A DNA stretch of 64,000 bases from Nitrososphaerota archaeon (GCA_041641305.1 JBEPYN010000001.1:96001-160000), one strand, 5' to 3'. Numbered from the stretch's first letter, positions 9,487-19,107 are shown. Program-made: numbers and translations. The notes: generated by a model from the sequence alone, not told the origin.

Positions 9487-10248
9487 ATGGACGATGCGAT
9501 ACTAAGAGTGGTTGACGTAAGCCACAGCTACTACACAAAAAAGGGAGTGGTACTCGAGGTTATCAATAACATGAACTTCGACGTCAAGTATGGTGAGTTT
9601 CTCGGAATAGTTGGTCAAAGCGGCTCAGGCAAAACCACGTTGCTTAAGATAATGGCGGGGCTTATCAAACCAGTGTCGGGCAAGGTTTTGTACAAGGGTA
9701 AGCCGGTGACAGGCCCCACGCCCGCCATCTCACTAGTTTTCCAGGAGCCTGTGCTATTTCCTTGGCTCACTGTTTTGGAGAACGTCGTTCTTGCCCTCAA
9801 ACGTGTTAAGAACATTTCCAAGGATGAAATGGTTGTTAAGGCCCAGTCTTTCTTGGATATGGTGGGTCTATCAGGTTTTGAGAACAGCTACCCGGGTGAG
9901 TTAAGTGGGGGAATGAAGCAGAGAGTTGTGCTTGCAAGAGCTCTTGTAACGAATCCCGATGTTTTGTTAATGGATGAGCCCTTCAGCAACCTCGACCCTT
10001 TGACAGCCATATCTCTTAGGAGGGAAATTGACATGTTGCGTCAGCATGAAACACTCCCCCCAACATCGGTTGTGCTTGTTTCCCACAACGTAGAGGAAAT
10101 CGTGGAGCTAAGCGACCGGGTGCTTGTGCTCACCAGCAGGCCCGCTCAAGTGGCCGGCGAAATCGTGATAGATATGGAGAAGCCGAGGGATAGGAGAACC
10201 CCACGTTTCTACGAATATGTTGACGCAATCTTCACAATGATGAGTTAG
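9487..10248 (+). CDS. ABC transporter ATP-binding protein (NitT/TauT type)
   Basis: GQSGSGKTT, LSGGMKQR, LLMDEPF, SHNVEE. Confidence 0.93.
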   Translation: MDDAILRVVDVSHSYYTKKGVVLEVINNMNFDVKYGEFLGIVGQSGSGKTTLLKIMAGLIKPVSGKVLYKGKPVTGPTPAISLVFQEPVLFPWLTVLENVVLALKRVKNISKDEMVVKAQSFLDMVGLSGFENSYPGELSGGMKQRVVLARALVTNPDVLLMDEPFSNLDPLTAISLRREIDMLRQHETLPPTSVVLVSHNVEEIVELSDRVLVLTSRPAQVAGEIVIDMEKPRDRRTPRFYEYVDAIFTMMS

Positions 10249-10750
10249 ATGTTTTACGCATACGCAGCTTGAATAGCCCTGTGTCGCCATCGTATGAAAG
10301 TATCTCGGTGTAGATAAGCCAGTCAAGGATAAGCTCCCTAAGCTTCTCAGAGTCCTGTGTATATTCTACAAGTTCTTTGTTTTCCGACATCACGTTTAGC
10401 AGCTCCTCTATGTTAAAGCCTTTGGGTTTTGTTTTTGCGAGTTCTATGATTGTTTTGAAAGGCTCGAGGTTTGGGATCTGCTCCTTCAATATCTTCTTCT
10501 TTCCCTTCGCAAGGCTTTTGCTCACCTTTATGCCAAGCTGTGTCGCGACTCCTTCTCCGTCATGGACCTCGAGTAGGCCGAGAAGCTCCGCTGCGTTTGA
10601 TGCCGGGAGAATTTGGTCTACCTCCATCTGGAGCTCGCGTGCGATGAAGGCGAGGTCGGCTTTTCCCCCATAGGCTACGACCATCTCGAGCAGGCCCAAA
10701 ACTGTTCCGAGCCTTGCTTCGGACGGAAACTTCATCGGCTGTTGTCCCAT
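10232..10750 (-). CDS. Stand-alone AAA-associated C-terminal domain of NitT/TauT ATPases
   Basis: GLLE..GGKADL...LQMEVDQILP...AAELLG; DWLIYTEILSYD resembles the family W-x-x-Y-x-E-x-x-x-YD end; start uncertain (10735-10762). Confidence 0.75.
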   Translation of the reverse strand: MGQQPMKFPSEARLGTVLGLLEMVVAYGGKADLAFIARELQMEVDQILPASNAAELLGLLEVHDGEGVATQLGIKVSKSLAKGKKKILKEQIPNLEPFKTIIELAKTKPKGFNIEELLNVMSENKELVEYTQDSEKLRELILDWLIYTEILSYDGDTGLFKLRMRKTSNSSL

Positions 10751-10801
10751 CTGTTTAAACAATGGGTTGGTCGGGAAATTAAAGGGTTAAGGCACATAAA
10801 A

Positions 10802-11950
10802 CTAATATAGCGATTCCACGGCATCAGCCGCCTCTGCGACACCGCGGCACCTCCACGCAATCTCCGACAAACGCATAATCCTCTCAGCAACACCTTCATC
10901 ATTCAACAAATCTTTAACAGATTTCATGAAGCTTTCGGGAGACAGGTCTTTCTGGTTGATCATTTTACCTACACCAAGTTCTTCAACTCTTGAAACATTC
11001 GCAAACTGTTCGCCATGCTGTGGAGTTGGAATAACCACTGTCGGCTTACCGTATAGCAGGCATTTTAGCAGAAGAGTTAATCCTCCGCGGCACACAACGA
11101 GGTCAGCGGCCTCGAGGTAGAGGTCGAGGTCTGGTATCCAGCTTTTAACATGTAGAGCTCCCCTTCGCACATCAATGTTTGAGGTTGGATCTGCGGTCGA
11201 CATCACATAGACAAAGTCGTCGCTCAACTTGTCACCAAACTCTGTAAACATCTCCACCAAAACTTTTTTCTCCTCAACCCCGCCGCTGACCACCACCAGA
11301 ATAAACGGCTTGGCCAAGGCCCCGTGTATCGCCCTGACCTCCTCCAAATCGCTTCTATCGTGTCTAATTGGCTTTGTCAAAGGCCCCGTGTAGACAACTC
11401 TATCGATCAGCTTCTTAGATATCTGTAATGTGTGCTCGGAGATTGTGTGGGGTGGGGGCAAGTCGGGTATAATGATTTTGTCCGAGAGGTTCCATACATG
11501 CTGAGGTGCTTGTAGCATCGGTTGGAAAACCTCCGCCGCCCTTTGATGCTTTTCACTTAGTAGTAGAAGGTTGTATTGGTTTAGGATTGTGGCCACGGGT
11601 TTTCGTCGAATCTTTGCTGCAAGAGTAGCTGAAACCCTTGTATCTGAAACCACAGCATCTGCTTCACCAATTATGGATGTTTCAGCCAGAGTTTGAGCAG
11701 CCACCTTTATGGGGAGAAAAAGGTTGTCAACAATCGTTTTCTTCACCGATACGGAGCCGTCGACGCTTACCCCGTAACCCACCGACGGCACATGCGCGGG
11801 TTCGCATCCGTTTTTGGAGAGAAAGTTGAAGCCCTGTCCATATGATGAAAAGGTGAGAGTATGGCCTCTTCTCCACAGCTCTTCAGCTATTTCATACGAG
11901 CGTGTAGCATGGCCGAGCCCTATGCCGCAGACAGCGATATGTATCAGCAT
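10802..11950 (-). CDS. GT-B glycosyltransferase (GT28/MurG-like)
   Basis: CGIGLGHATR; ADLVVCRGG, PTPQHGEQFAN. Confidence 0.88.
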   Translation of the reverse strand: MLIHIAVCGIGLGHATRSYEIAEELWRRGHTLTFSSYGQGFNFLSKNGCEPAHVPSVGYGVSVDGSVSVKKTIVDNLFLPIKVAAQTLAETSIIGEADAVVSDTRVSATLAAKIRRKPVATILNQYNLLLLSEKHQRAAEVFQPMLQAPQHVWNLSDKIIIPDLPPPHTISEHTLQISKKLIDRVVYTGPLTKPIRHDRSDLEEVRAIHGALAKPFILVVVSGGVEEKKVLVEMFTEFGDKLSDDFVYVMSTADPTSNIDVRRGALHVKSWIPDLDLYLEAADLVVCRGGLTLLLKCLLYGKPTVVIPTPQHGEQFANVSRVEELGVGKMINQKDLSPESFMKSVKDLLNDEGVAERIMRLSEIAWRCRGVAEAADAVESLY

Positions 11951-12552
11951 TTTCCCGGCGAGAGCACCTGTTTTGTTATCGGTCCTTTAGGCCTCTCTTC
12001 AGCAAAGACATCCGCGGTAAATTTGTACAGCCTCATTTTTCCCTGCAGCCAGTATGTCGGATTTAGGCCAGCCTTGATGCAGAGATGGCTCAGAAACTCT
12101 TCGGCATCCCAGCCATATTCAACTGGAACTTGCGGTAGAAGAAGTCCCGACCCGAATGGTGTATCGATAATCAACCCCTCCACACCCACATCAATTTGCT
12201 GAGGCAGACTACGTCTCTCTGAGACATCAAGTTCAACAGGTTCAGTCAAAACACTCACCTCAAAAACAACATGAGGAAGCTCCCCAAGTGAGAGAGGTGG
12301 GAAACGCGGGTCCTCGATCGCTGATGCAACAGCGGCACGTATCGTGGCTTCTCCCAGCGGCAACGTGGGAAGCGGATAGCCTATGCAACCACGCAGCTCT
12401 TTAACCGGGTAGGAATATATTGAAACAAACACTCCACGCTTCACCCTCAGCCACTCATCCCCGGGCGGGTCCTCGAGTTTCCCAGTCTCCAGATAGGTTT
12501 CGACAGCTCTTCGAGCCAGTTGAACAAGCCTAGACCCCTTCTCAGTATCCAA
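11944..12552 (-). CDS. AMMECR1-domain protein
   Basis: GVFVS..LRGCIG, DPRFPP, EVSVLT, GLLLPQVP, LCIKAGL. Confidence 0.95.
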   Translation of the reverse strand: MDTEKGSRLVQLARRAVETYLETGKLEDPPGDEWLRVKRGVFVSIYSYPVKELRGCIGYPLPTLPLGEATIRAAVASAIEDPRFPPLSLGELPHVVFEVSVLTEPVELDVSERRSLPQQIDVGVEGLIIDTPFGSGLLLPQVPVEYGWDAEEFLSHLCIKAGLNPTYWLQGKMRLYKFTADVFAEERPKGPITKQVLSPGKC

Positions 12553-12976
12553 CGGCCTTCCCCTGAACCTTTTCTAGGACTTTTCTTATGTTGCGCCAGT
12601 GGCCTCCAATCCAATAGGTTTTTCCACATCCGCGGCATATCCATCTTTCCCGGGATTCGTGAACATGCTCAAGCAGGGTGTTGCAGATGGGGCAACGAGT
12701 TTTCAGTGGGTTAAAAGCCAGTTCTACACCTGTTTCGATACCAATTTTGATCAAGCTTTCCACCGTTTCAACCGTATCCACCAAGACCGTTTTTACACCA
12801 TGTTTCTTTAGCCTCGCCGCCAAAGTCTTGTCACGGGTCACAACAACACGTTCCTCTGCAATCGATTTCTCAATCAACTCATCGTCGGAAGCTTCTCTAA
12901 GATATACTGTGTCATATCCCAGTAGACGTAGCCAAGTAACCAGATGCCCCATCATTGTATCGAGAAGAAACTTCAT
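12542..12976 (-). CDS. Mut7-C RNase (PIN-like) domain protein
   Basis: KFLLDTMMGHLVTWLRLLGYDT, TRD, RCPICN...CRGCGKTYWIGGHW. Confidence 0.93.
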   Translation of the reverse strand: MKFLLDTMMGHLVTWLRLLGYDTVYLREASDDELIEKSIAEERVVVTRDKTLAARLKKHGVKTVLVDTVETVESLIKIGIETGVELAFNPLKTRCPICNTLLEHVHESRERWICRGCGKTYWIGGHWRNIRKVLEKVQGKAVGY

Positions 12977-13581
12977 TCCCCCGGAGTTGCGCCGCCTTTT
13001 CCCTCAAGCTCGATGCGACAGTCCTCGCAGAGAAGCTGATCCTCTACCCGCACAAGGTAATCGGACCATTCTCCACAAAGCTCGCAATATCCCTCGGCAA
13101 CTGTCTGGTTAGATGCCGACACAGGAGTACCTATCCTCAGTTTCTCCCTCACTATTGACAGGATCTCAGGTGTAACCTGTAAGATGTCCTTTATTGTGAC
13201 TATCCCCGAAAGCCTCTCCTTGTAAACAACTACAAGGCGGCTGAGCTTGAGCTTGTTCATTTTGCTTAGGGCCTCGTCGATTGTCACGTCCGGCTCGACC
13301 GTCTGGAGCGGGGTGTTCATGATGTCACGGGCCCGCACCGTGTTGGGATCTGTCCCGTTAGCCACAACCTTCGTAACTATGTCTGTCTTTGTGATGATTC
13401 CAACTGGCTTCCCCTCAGACGTTATCACTACACTGCCGATCCCGTAGCGTCTCATCAACTCCGCCACCTCGACAACAGATGCCTCTGCATCTGCTTCCAC
13501 CACGGGACTCGACATCACGTCCCGCACCTTAAGCTCATCAACGAGTGTCGTGGGCTTCACCATTCCGACTAACCATGTCAT
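12973..13581 (-). CDS. Tandem CBS-domain protein with C-terminal Zn ribbon
   Basis: Two CBS repeats (VRDVMSSP..GIIT; DIMNTP..GIVT), CELC...CEDC; alternative start 13563. Confidence 0.9.
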   Translation of the reverse strand: MTWLVGMVKPTTLVDELKVRDVMSSPVVEADAEASVVEVAELMRRYGIGSVVITSEGKPVGIITKTDIVTKVVANGTDPNTVRARDIMNTPLQTVEPDVTIDEALSKMNKLKLSRLVVVYKERLSGIVTIKDILQVTPEILSIVREKLRIGTPVSASNQTVAEGYCELCGEWSDYLVRVEDQLLCEDCRIELEGKGGATPGE

Positions 13582-15485
13582 CGTGGATTAATAAGCTTGT
13601 CTAAAACATGACATCGGCCGAAAGGAATCTGTGCAGCAACCGCTTCAACCCTCTCACCAACCGGTTCCAACCCAAGAATTTCCAGTATTTTCGTAGCCGC
13701 TTGAGAGGCTTTCACGGTGCCCGGCCTAATCTCCACAAAAGGTTTTCCCAAACTAGTGGCCGTCAGGTAGGGGACAATCCTAACTTCATCGTCGTTGAGA
13801 CATACTGCGGCAAGTCTTAGCTCTATTAAGTAGAAGTTTTTGGGGCCATAAACCATGAAGGAGCCTTTTGGCAAGTATTGTCCAGAGGGTGGGCTGAATG
13901 ATACCTGTTCCGCCTCAACCGCAAACACAGACACGTTGCTGAAGTTTTCCCGCCAAGCCCTGCTGTAACACCCCACCATCTGTGCACATTCTTCAACATC
14001 AGTCTCGGATGCCTTGACGCCGTTTTTAAGAATCGCCGCAGGTGAACCTGGAATTTCAGTGTGTAGAACAAGGTCACTCTCCTCAAGATGCCGTTTAAGT
14101 AGCAAAATGTTGCTGCGGCCATCCTTACCCAACATGGCCCTGAACCCGCCTGATGTGACAAATTCTCTGAAAGGTTTTGGTTTTGACGCGCTCTTTTTAA
14201 CCACTACGATGGGCCGAGGCTCTGCTTGGAGGGAGATCGTCTCCATCTTTTGCTCTATCTCAGCGATTTCCTGCCTCAACTTCTCCAACGCCTTCTTCAC
14301 AGTCTTCAGCTCCTCATACAGCGGCCCGAGCTGTTTAAGCGGTGATGTTTCTTTATTTATGGCGACCTTTAACTCCTCTTTACTGAATAAAATTTTTCCG
14401 TCTTGGATTTCTGCCTCTAGACCTGTTGCCTCCCTAACTCTCGGTAAGGCCTCGGCAGGCTTCTGCCAAAGCACTTCCCAGAAATCCAACGCCTGCTTAA
14501 CGCCCGATATAAACAGCTCAAGGCTTGTTTTCCTTTTCTCAAGAGTTTCAATAGTGTATAACCTGTGTTCCTTTTCCCTATTTAGGTCCTCAATGAGTGT
14601 GAGACCCTTCTTCTCCAGCTCCTGATAACGCAGACGTTTCAACTCCTCAAGATAGGCCGTGAAAACTGCTTCCGAGAATGAGCTAACCTCCTTTTTGGGA
14701 TGACTGCTGAGTGATTGAAACTCTGTTACACATGGAATTAATTCGGAGTCTCTCAAGTAGAGTCTAGGACGCGGATTCTCTAGCTCATGCCTGAGCTCTT
14801 TCCACACGTTGTTGAGACGCTTCACCTCCTCGTCTCCGATTTGTTCGACCCGCAGCTTTTTATCCAGACCCGCTTGCGCCAACAGCTCCTCTGCAAATTT
14901 ACCGCCTAGACCGAGATCTCGAGCCAAAGCGACTACAAGATGAGTCTTGGGGTTTAAGCCTTCGAGGGAAAAAAGATCCGCCGCCTCCTCTGCGTGTAAG
15001 CCTCTGGTCGGTGGAGGCTGATATTTCTCACCAATTTTCAGCACACGGGCCGATGATTCATGTTTTTCAAGAAGCCATTCCACTACACCGTCCTTCACCA
15101 AAGCTATGTTGCCTGGCGGCATGCATTCGACGAATACTTCATAGCCGTTCAGCTCCAAGGTTACAATTCTTTCTCCAGCGACCTGCTTGAGGTCGGTTAT
15201 ACGTTTGCCGACAATTTTTCTCCGGAGCTGGAGAACCTGATGAGACGGTGTGGCCTCTTTTTCAACTGTCTGCTCCGTGTAGAAAACCGCGTAACCCGAA
15301 GCAAGCCAGAGCTCTCCGCTGCCCGTTCCAGGCTTCCATGTCTTCAGCACAATCGTCTTCGGACCAACACCGTAAACATTTCTAACAAACGAGTTCAGAA
15401 CCCTGTCTCGACACTCCGCGACGAGCACGCCAATCTCATAAGTGTTGAGCCCGGGCAATTCTCCGCCACTACAATTTTGCGCCAA
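13578..15485 (-). CDS. rqcH: Rqc2/RqcH (NFACT) ribosome quality-control protein
   Basis: NFACT-N (ERIV..E..GNIALV), H2TH (LGLGGKFAEELL), coiled coil, NFACT-R (GKDGRSN, LHTEIPGSP, YSRAW, GQYLPKGSFMVYG). Confidence 0.88.
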   Translation of the reverse strand: MAQNCSGGELPGLNTYEIGVLVAECRDRVLNSFVRNVYGVGPKTIVLKTWKPGTGSGELWLASGYAVFYTEQTVEKEATPSHQVLQLRRKIVGKRITDLKQVAGERIVTLELNGYEVFVECMPPGNIALVKDGVVEWLLEKHESSARVLKIGEKYQPPPTRGLHAEEAADLFSLEGLNPKTHLVVALARDLGLGGKFAEELLAQAGLDKKLRVEQIGDEEVKRLNNVWKELRHELENPRPRLYLRDSELIPCVTEFQSLSSHPKKEVSSFSEAVFTAYLEELKRLRYQELEKKGLTLIEDLNREKEHRLYTIETLEKRKTSLELFISGVKQALDFWEVLWQKPAEALPRVREATGLEAEIQDGKILFSKEELKVAINKETSPLKQLGPLYEELKTVKKALEKLRQEIAEIEQKMETISLQAEPRPIVVVKKSASKPKPFREFVTSGGFRAMLGKDGRSNILLLKRHLEESDLVLHTEIPGSPAAILKNGVKASETDVEECAQMVGCYSRAWRENFSNVSVFAVEAEQVSFSPPSGQYLPKGSFMVYGPKNFYLIELRLAAVCLNDDEVRIVPYLTATSLGKPFVEIRPGTVKASQAATKILEILGLEPVGERVEAVAAQIPFGRCHVLDKLINPR

Positions 15486-15524
15486 GATTTAATTCATGGG
15501 TTTAACAGAAGCAGGCGGACTGAA

Positions 15525-15800
15525 ATGGCAATAGATGTTGTCTACTGGTCAAAATTCACGATTGGACTCGGTTACGGGGTTTTAGCTGCTTGGTTGGCAG
15601 CGTCTAACCCAACACCAGCAGTAACCTACCTCCTCATATTCGGGGCCGCATTACTATACCTCTTTGTTTCAGAGGTTTTCTGGAGGGTTTTAGACAACAA
15701 AGTAAGTAGACGTAGATCCTATTTGAATGGCATCGGCGGATACAGCGGTGTTTTTCTGCTCGTCTGGATACTTACGTTTAACCTGTTTGTTGGACCTTGA
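15525..15800 (+). CDS. Small 3-TM membrane protein, EMC6/RAB5IF(OPTI)-like
   Basis: True start is the in-frame ATG 15525 inside track ORF 15060..15800; DVVYW...G-x-x-x-GVL...LLYLF...G...FLLVWILTF. Confidence 0.7.
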   Translation: MAIDVVYWSKFTIGLGYGVLAAWLAASNPTPAVTYLLIFGAALLYLFVSEVFWRVLDNKVSRRRSYLNGIGGYSGVFLLVWILTFNLFVGP

Positions 15801-16140
15801 CTTTCTGGGGCTCGGGCAATTTGTCTATGAGGGTCAGCACCGTGTACCATGCCTCGAAATATCTGTCATTAGAGCCGTGAAGCTTGGCCAATGCGTTGAA
15901 ATGCTCTGCAATTTTCTTTATGTTTTTTCGATGGATGTCATTGTTGTAAATCGTGTATATGAGGGAGTCCGTGTCTTCTCCGACGTAGCTCAAATAGATG
16001 CCTCGTAGGGCGTGTAGATACCGTGTGTCCTCTGGATGTTTCTCGGAGAGCTGGTTCAGCATGCGCTCGGCCTCTGTGAGTTTGTTTCTGAAGAGTGTTT
16101 CCAGAAACTCCTCAGTCTCCTTCTTCGAAACTTGGCCCAT
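15778..16140 (-). CDS. Hypothetical alpha-helical protein co-transcribed with radA
   Basis: ATG directly abuts the radA stop; amphipathic helices. Confidence 0.75.
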   Translation of the reverse strand: MGQVSKKETEEFLETLFRNKLTEAERMLNQLSEKHPEDTRYLHALRGIYLSYVGEDTDSLIYTIYNNDIHRKNIKKIAEHFNALAKLHGSNDRYFEAWYTVLTLIDKLPEPQKVKVQQTG

Positions 16141-17124
16141 TCACTCGGTCGCCTCCACATCTTCGACGCCTCTCTCTGTGATTTTGAAGACGGCTTCACC
16201 CTCTGGCAGGTAAGGGCTTGAAACCAACCTCGCTATGCGGAGTGGTTTTCCCGAGACTTTCCGGAGAAATACTCTGTTGTGGCTTGTGTGGCCGACTATG
16301 TGTCCGCCGATGGGGTAAACGGCCATTGTGCTGAAGATGTCGTCGGGCTTTGCCATGACCTGGTTTGTCACTACTGCTGCGATATTGAAGGCTCGGCACA
16401 GCCTTATCAATTTGTGCATGTGCTTGTTTAGCTTCTGCTGCCTCTCGGGTAGAAGCTGGCGGCCAAGATATTCGCTGCGGAAATGGGATGTTAGCGAGTC
16501 CACGATGATAAGCTTAACATTCTTCTCCTTGATTATTTTATCTGCTTTCTCCACGAGTAGGATTTGGTGGTCGCTTGTATATGCTTCGGCGTAGATAATT
16601 CGTTCAAGCACCTCGTCAGGATTTAGGCCAAGACTGTTGGCCATCGATGTTATCCTCTCTGGTCTGAAGGTGTTCTCGGTGTCGATGTAAAGGGCTGAAC
16701 CGTCGAGGCCGCCGCGTCTGACGGGGAGTTGAACGTTTACAGCGAGTTGATGACACAGCTGTGACTTGCCCGAGCCAAACTCTCCGAAAAACTCGGTGAT
16801 GGCCTGTGTCTCGACACCTCCTCCTATCAAGAGGTCCAGCCTCGTGCTCCCGGTGGTTACGCGGCCGATGTTTGTCTTGATTTCAGCCAACTCCTTCGCT
16901 GTTACCCAGGCAATCTCAATCCCCTCACGTGCAGCTGAAATGATTCGGGCAGCATGTTCCTCATCAACACCCGCAGCAACCAGCTCCGAGACAGTCGCGG
17001 TCGCGATAGACTCTACAGTCGAGTATCCAAGCTCCCTGAGTTTTTCAGCTAACTTGGCCGAGACGCCCGGCAGCTCCTCGATGTCGTTGTAGCGCTGGCT
17101 CAAGTCTTTCCCACATTCGACCAT
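16141..17124 (-). CDS. radA: DNA repair and recombination protein RadA
   Basis: N-terminal HhH; [30 protein letters not shown]; no intein. Confidence 0.97.
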   Translation of the reverse strand: MVECGKDLSQRYNDIEELPGVSAKLAEKLRELGYSTVESIATATVSELVAAGVDEEHAARIISAAREGIEIAWVTAKELAEIKTNIGRVTTGSTRLDLLIGGGVETQAITEFFGEFGSGKSQLCHQLAVNVQLPVRRGGLDGSALYIDTENTFRPERITSMANSLGLNPDEVLERIIYAEAYTSDHQILLVEKADKIIKEKNVKLIIVDSLTSHFRSEYLGRQLLPERQQKLNKHMHKLIRLCRAFNIAAVVTNQVMAKPDDIFSTMAVYPIGGHIVGHTSHNRVFLRKVSGKPLRIARLVSSPYLPEGEAVFKITERGVEDVEATE

Positions 17125-17172
17125 TCACTGGGCTTATAAAAACTAATAGCTGGTCAACCCACTCCAATTCTC

Positions 17173-18402
17173 ATGAAAGCTGTTCTTGTTGTCTTGGATG
17201 GCCTGGGTGATAGACGGTGTAAAAGCCTTGGTTACTTGACTCCTTTACAGGCTGCTCGTAACAGGGTTTTGGACCGTTTAGCTGCCGAGGGTGAGACGGG
17301 TTTGGTTGATGTGGTTGCTCGTGGTGTTCCTAACGGAAGTGACACGGGTCATCTTGCCCTGCTCGGCTACGACCCATACACATGCTACACAGGTAGAGGG
17401 CCCTTTGAGGCGTTGGGAGCAGGCCTCAGCCTAGGCCCCGAAGACGTAGCTTTCCGATGCAACTTCGCCACAGTGGCCGATGACGGAACAGTTCTCGACA
17501 GGCGGGCTGGCCGCTTACCGACCGAGGACAGCAGGGAGCTGGCGAAATCCTTGCAAACGATGGAGATCGATGGTGTAGAGCTAACATTTAGACACACCGT
17601 TGAACACCGGGGAGTTCTAATCATGAGAGGTGAGAAATTATCCCACCGTGTCTCAAACGTTGACCCCCATGGCAAAACCTCCACAGTCCAGAAACCAAAG
17701 CCGCTCGACGATTCGCCTGAGGCATATAAAACCGCACAAGTTCTCGAAAAATACCTGGAGAAAACAAGACAGATCCTACAAACCCATCCAGTCAATGTCA
17801 AGAGACGGGAGAAAAATCTACCACCCGCAAACTACATCCTTACACGTGGAGCCGGGAAGCTGCCCAGCTTAACGCCTTTTGAGAAAAAATATGGGTTGAG
17901 GGCCGCGGTCGTCGCCGGCGGAGCCCTCTACAAAGGTGTATGCAAGGCGGCTGGCTTCGATGTTGTAGATGTTGAGGGCGCAACAGGCACAGTCAACACA
18001 AACCTCGGAAACAAAATCAAAGCCGTCACAGAATCCCTCAAAACACATGACTTTGTCATGCTACATGTCAAGGCCACCGACACGCTTAGCCACGACAAAA
18101 AACCTCGCGAGAAAGCCGGGATGATCAACCGTGTTGGCGAAGCGCTTGGCACCATGCTTGAGCAACTGTCTTCAGACACCTATGTAGCCGTGACAGGCGA
18201 TCACACAACGCCGTCGGAGATTGGCGACCACAGGGGAGACCCGGTCCCAGTTCTGATATGGGGCCCGGATGTAAGAGGCGATGATGTTACGATGTTTGAC
18301 GAGATAAGCTGCCAGTCTGGCGGGCTCGGCAGAATAAGAGGAGTAGACCTGATGCCCATACTCGCCAACTATCTGGGCACTCTGGAGCTGTACGGCGAAT
18401 GA
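17173..18402 (+). CDS. apgM: 2,3-BPG-independent phosphoglycerate mutase
   Basis: LDGLGD, GSDTGHL, YTGRGPFEA, AFRCNF, TGDHTTP. Confidence 0.95.
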   Translation: MKAVLVVLDGLGDRRCKSLGYLTPLQAARNRVLDRLAAEGETGLVDVVARGVPNGSDTGHLALLGYDPYTCYTGRGPFEALGAGLSLGPEDVAFRCNFATVADDGTVLDRRAGRLPTEDSRELAKSLQTMEIDGVELTFRHTVEHRGVLIMRGEKLSHRVSNVDPHGKTSTVQKPKPLDDSPEAYKTAQVLEKYLEKTRQILQTHPVNVKRREKNLPPANYILTRGAGKLPSLTPFEKKYGLRAAVVAGGALYKGVCKAAGFDVVDVEGATGTVNTNLGNKIKAVTESLKTHDFVMLHVKATDTLSHDKKPREKAGMINRVGEALGTMLEQLSSDTYVAVTGDHTTPSEIGDHRGDPVPVLIWGPDVRGDDVTMFDEISCQSGGLGRIRGVDLMPILANYLGTLELYGE

Positions 18403-18773
18403 GTGGAGCCAGGATACCGATTGTTGTTCAGGTTGAGGGGCTTGAGAAGGTTGAAGGAGAGCTTCACAGATTCGCGGCTCCGCTTACCGTGGACGAGGTT
18501 GTCAAAAGGCTGCCCCTCGAAGGGTTTATTGCCAGATGGCAGAACGCCGTCTACATAATAACCGAGATTAGAAGAGGTGTGGAGAAATCGGTCAACAAAC
18601 TGGAGAAGGGAGACATCTTTTACTGGTCTCCAGAACGGGCCATCGGCATCTCCTTATCACAGTACGCCGCACCAAGCCAGACAATCAAGATTGGGAGTGT
18701 CGGAGAAGGTGCCCAGGAGATAGCAAAAGCCCGTGTAGGCGCTATGATGCGGATTTTTTCGAAGACTTTTTAG
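18399..18773 (+). CDS. Cyclophilin-like fold protein
   Basis: APLTV..LPLEG...GDIFYWSP pattern. Confidence 0.7.
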   Translation: MSGARIPIVVQVEGLEKVEGELHRFAAPLTVDEVVKRLPLEGFIARWQNAVYIITEIRRGVEKSVNKLEKGDIFYWSPERAIGISLSQYAAPSQTIKIGSVGEGAQEIAKARVGAMMRIFSKTF

Positions 18774-19107
18774 CCTTGGCAGGCTTTTCTACAGTTGCGA
18801 CCGTTTTTGCTTCAGAGGCCGACGTCTGTACTAGGGGTGCGTAGACCCTTACCCTGTTGCTTCCCACCACTTCTTTGACCCATCCTTTTGAGACCAGTTC
18901 ACGGAGAATGGCCTTGGCTACGGACAGCCTCACTCTGAACCGTTCCGCGACGGCTGAGGGGGTCAAAACCCTAACACTCTTGACATATTCTCCAACCTCC
19001 TCGAGCGAAGGAGAGGCCACACCCATAACACCCCTCTCAACAGCCTCCTCCTTCCTCTCCTGTGTCTTCTTCTCTTTGCCGCCCTTCTTCTTGGCCTCCG
19101 AGCTCAC
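18742..19107 (-). CDS. rps25e: 30S ribosomal protein S25e
   Basis: Basic; LTPSAVAERFRVRLSVAKAILRELVSKG...RVY. Confidence 0.9.
   Translation of the reverse strand: MSSEAKKKGGKEKKTQERKEEAVERGVMGVASPSLEEVGEYVKSVRVLTPSAVAERFRVRLSVAKAILRELVSKGWVKEVVGSNRVRVYAPLVQTSASEAKTVATVEKPAKAKKSSKKSAS

Noticed and set aside
14014-14625. Long antisense ORFs (also 19234-19785, 41371-41916, 43640-44128, 53243-53740 and many others)
   Set aside because: They lie opposite well-supported genes and have S/F/L-biased composition with no motifs.
15060-15524. N-terminal 155 codons of the 246-aa + ORF
   Set aside because: Mostly an antisense shadow of rqcH; only the part from ATG 15525 looks like a real protein.
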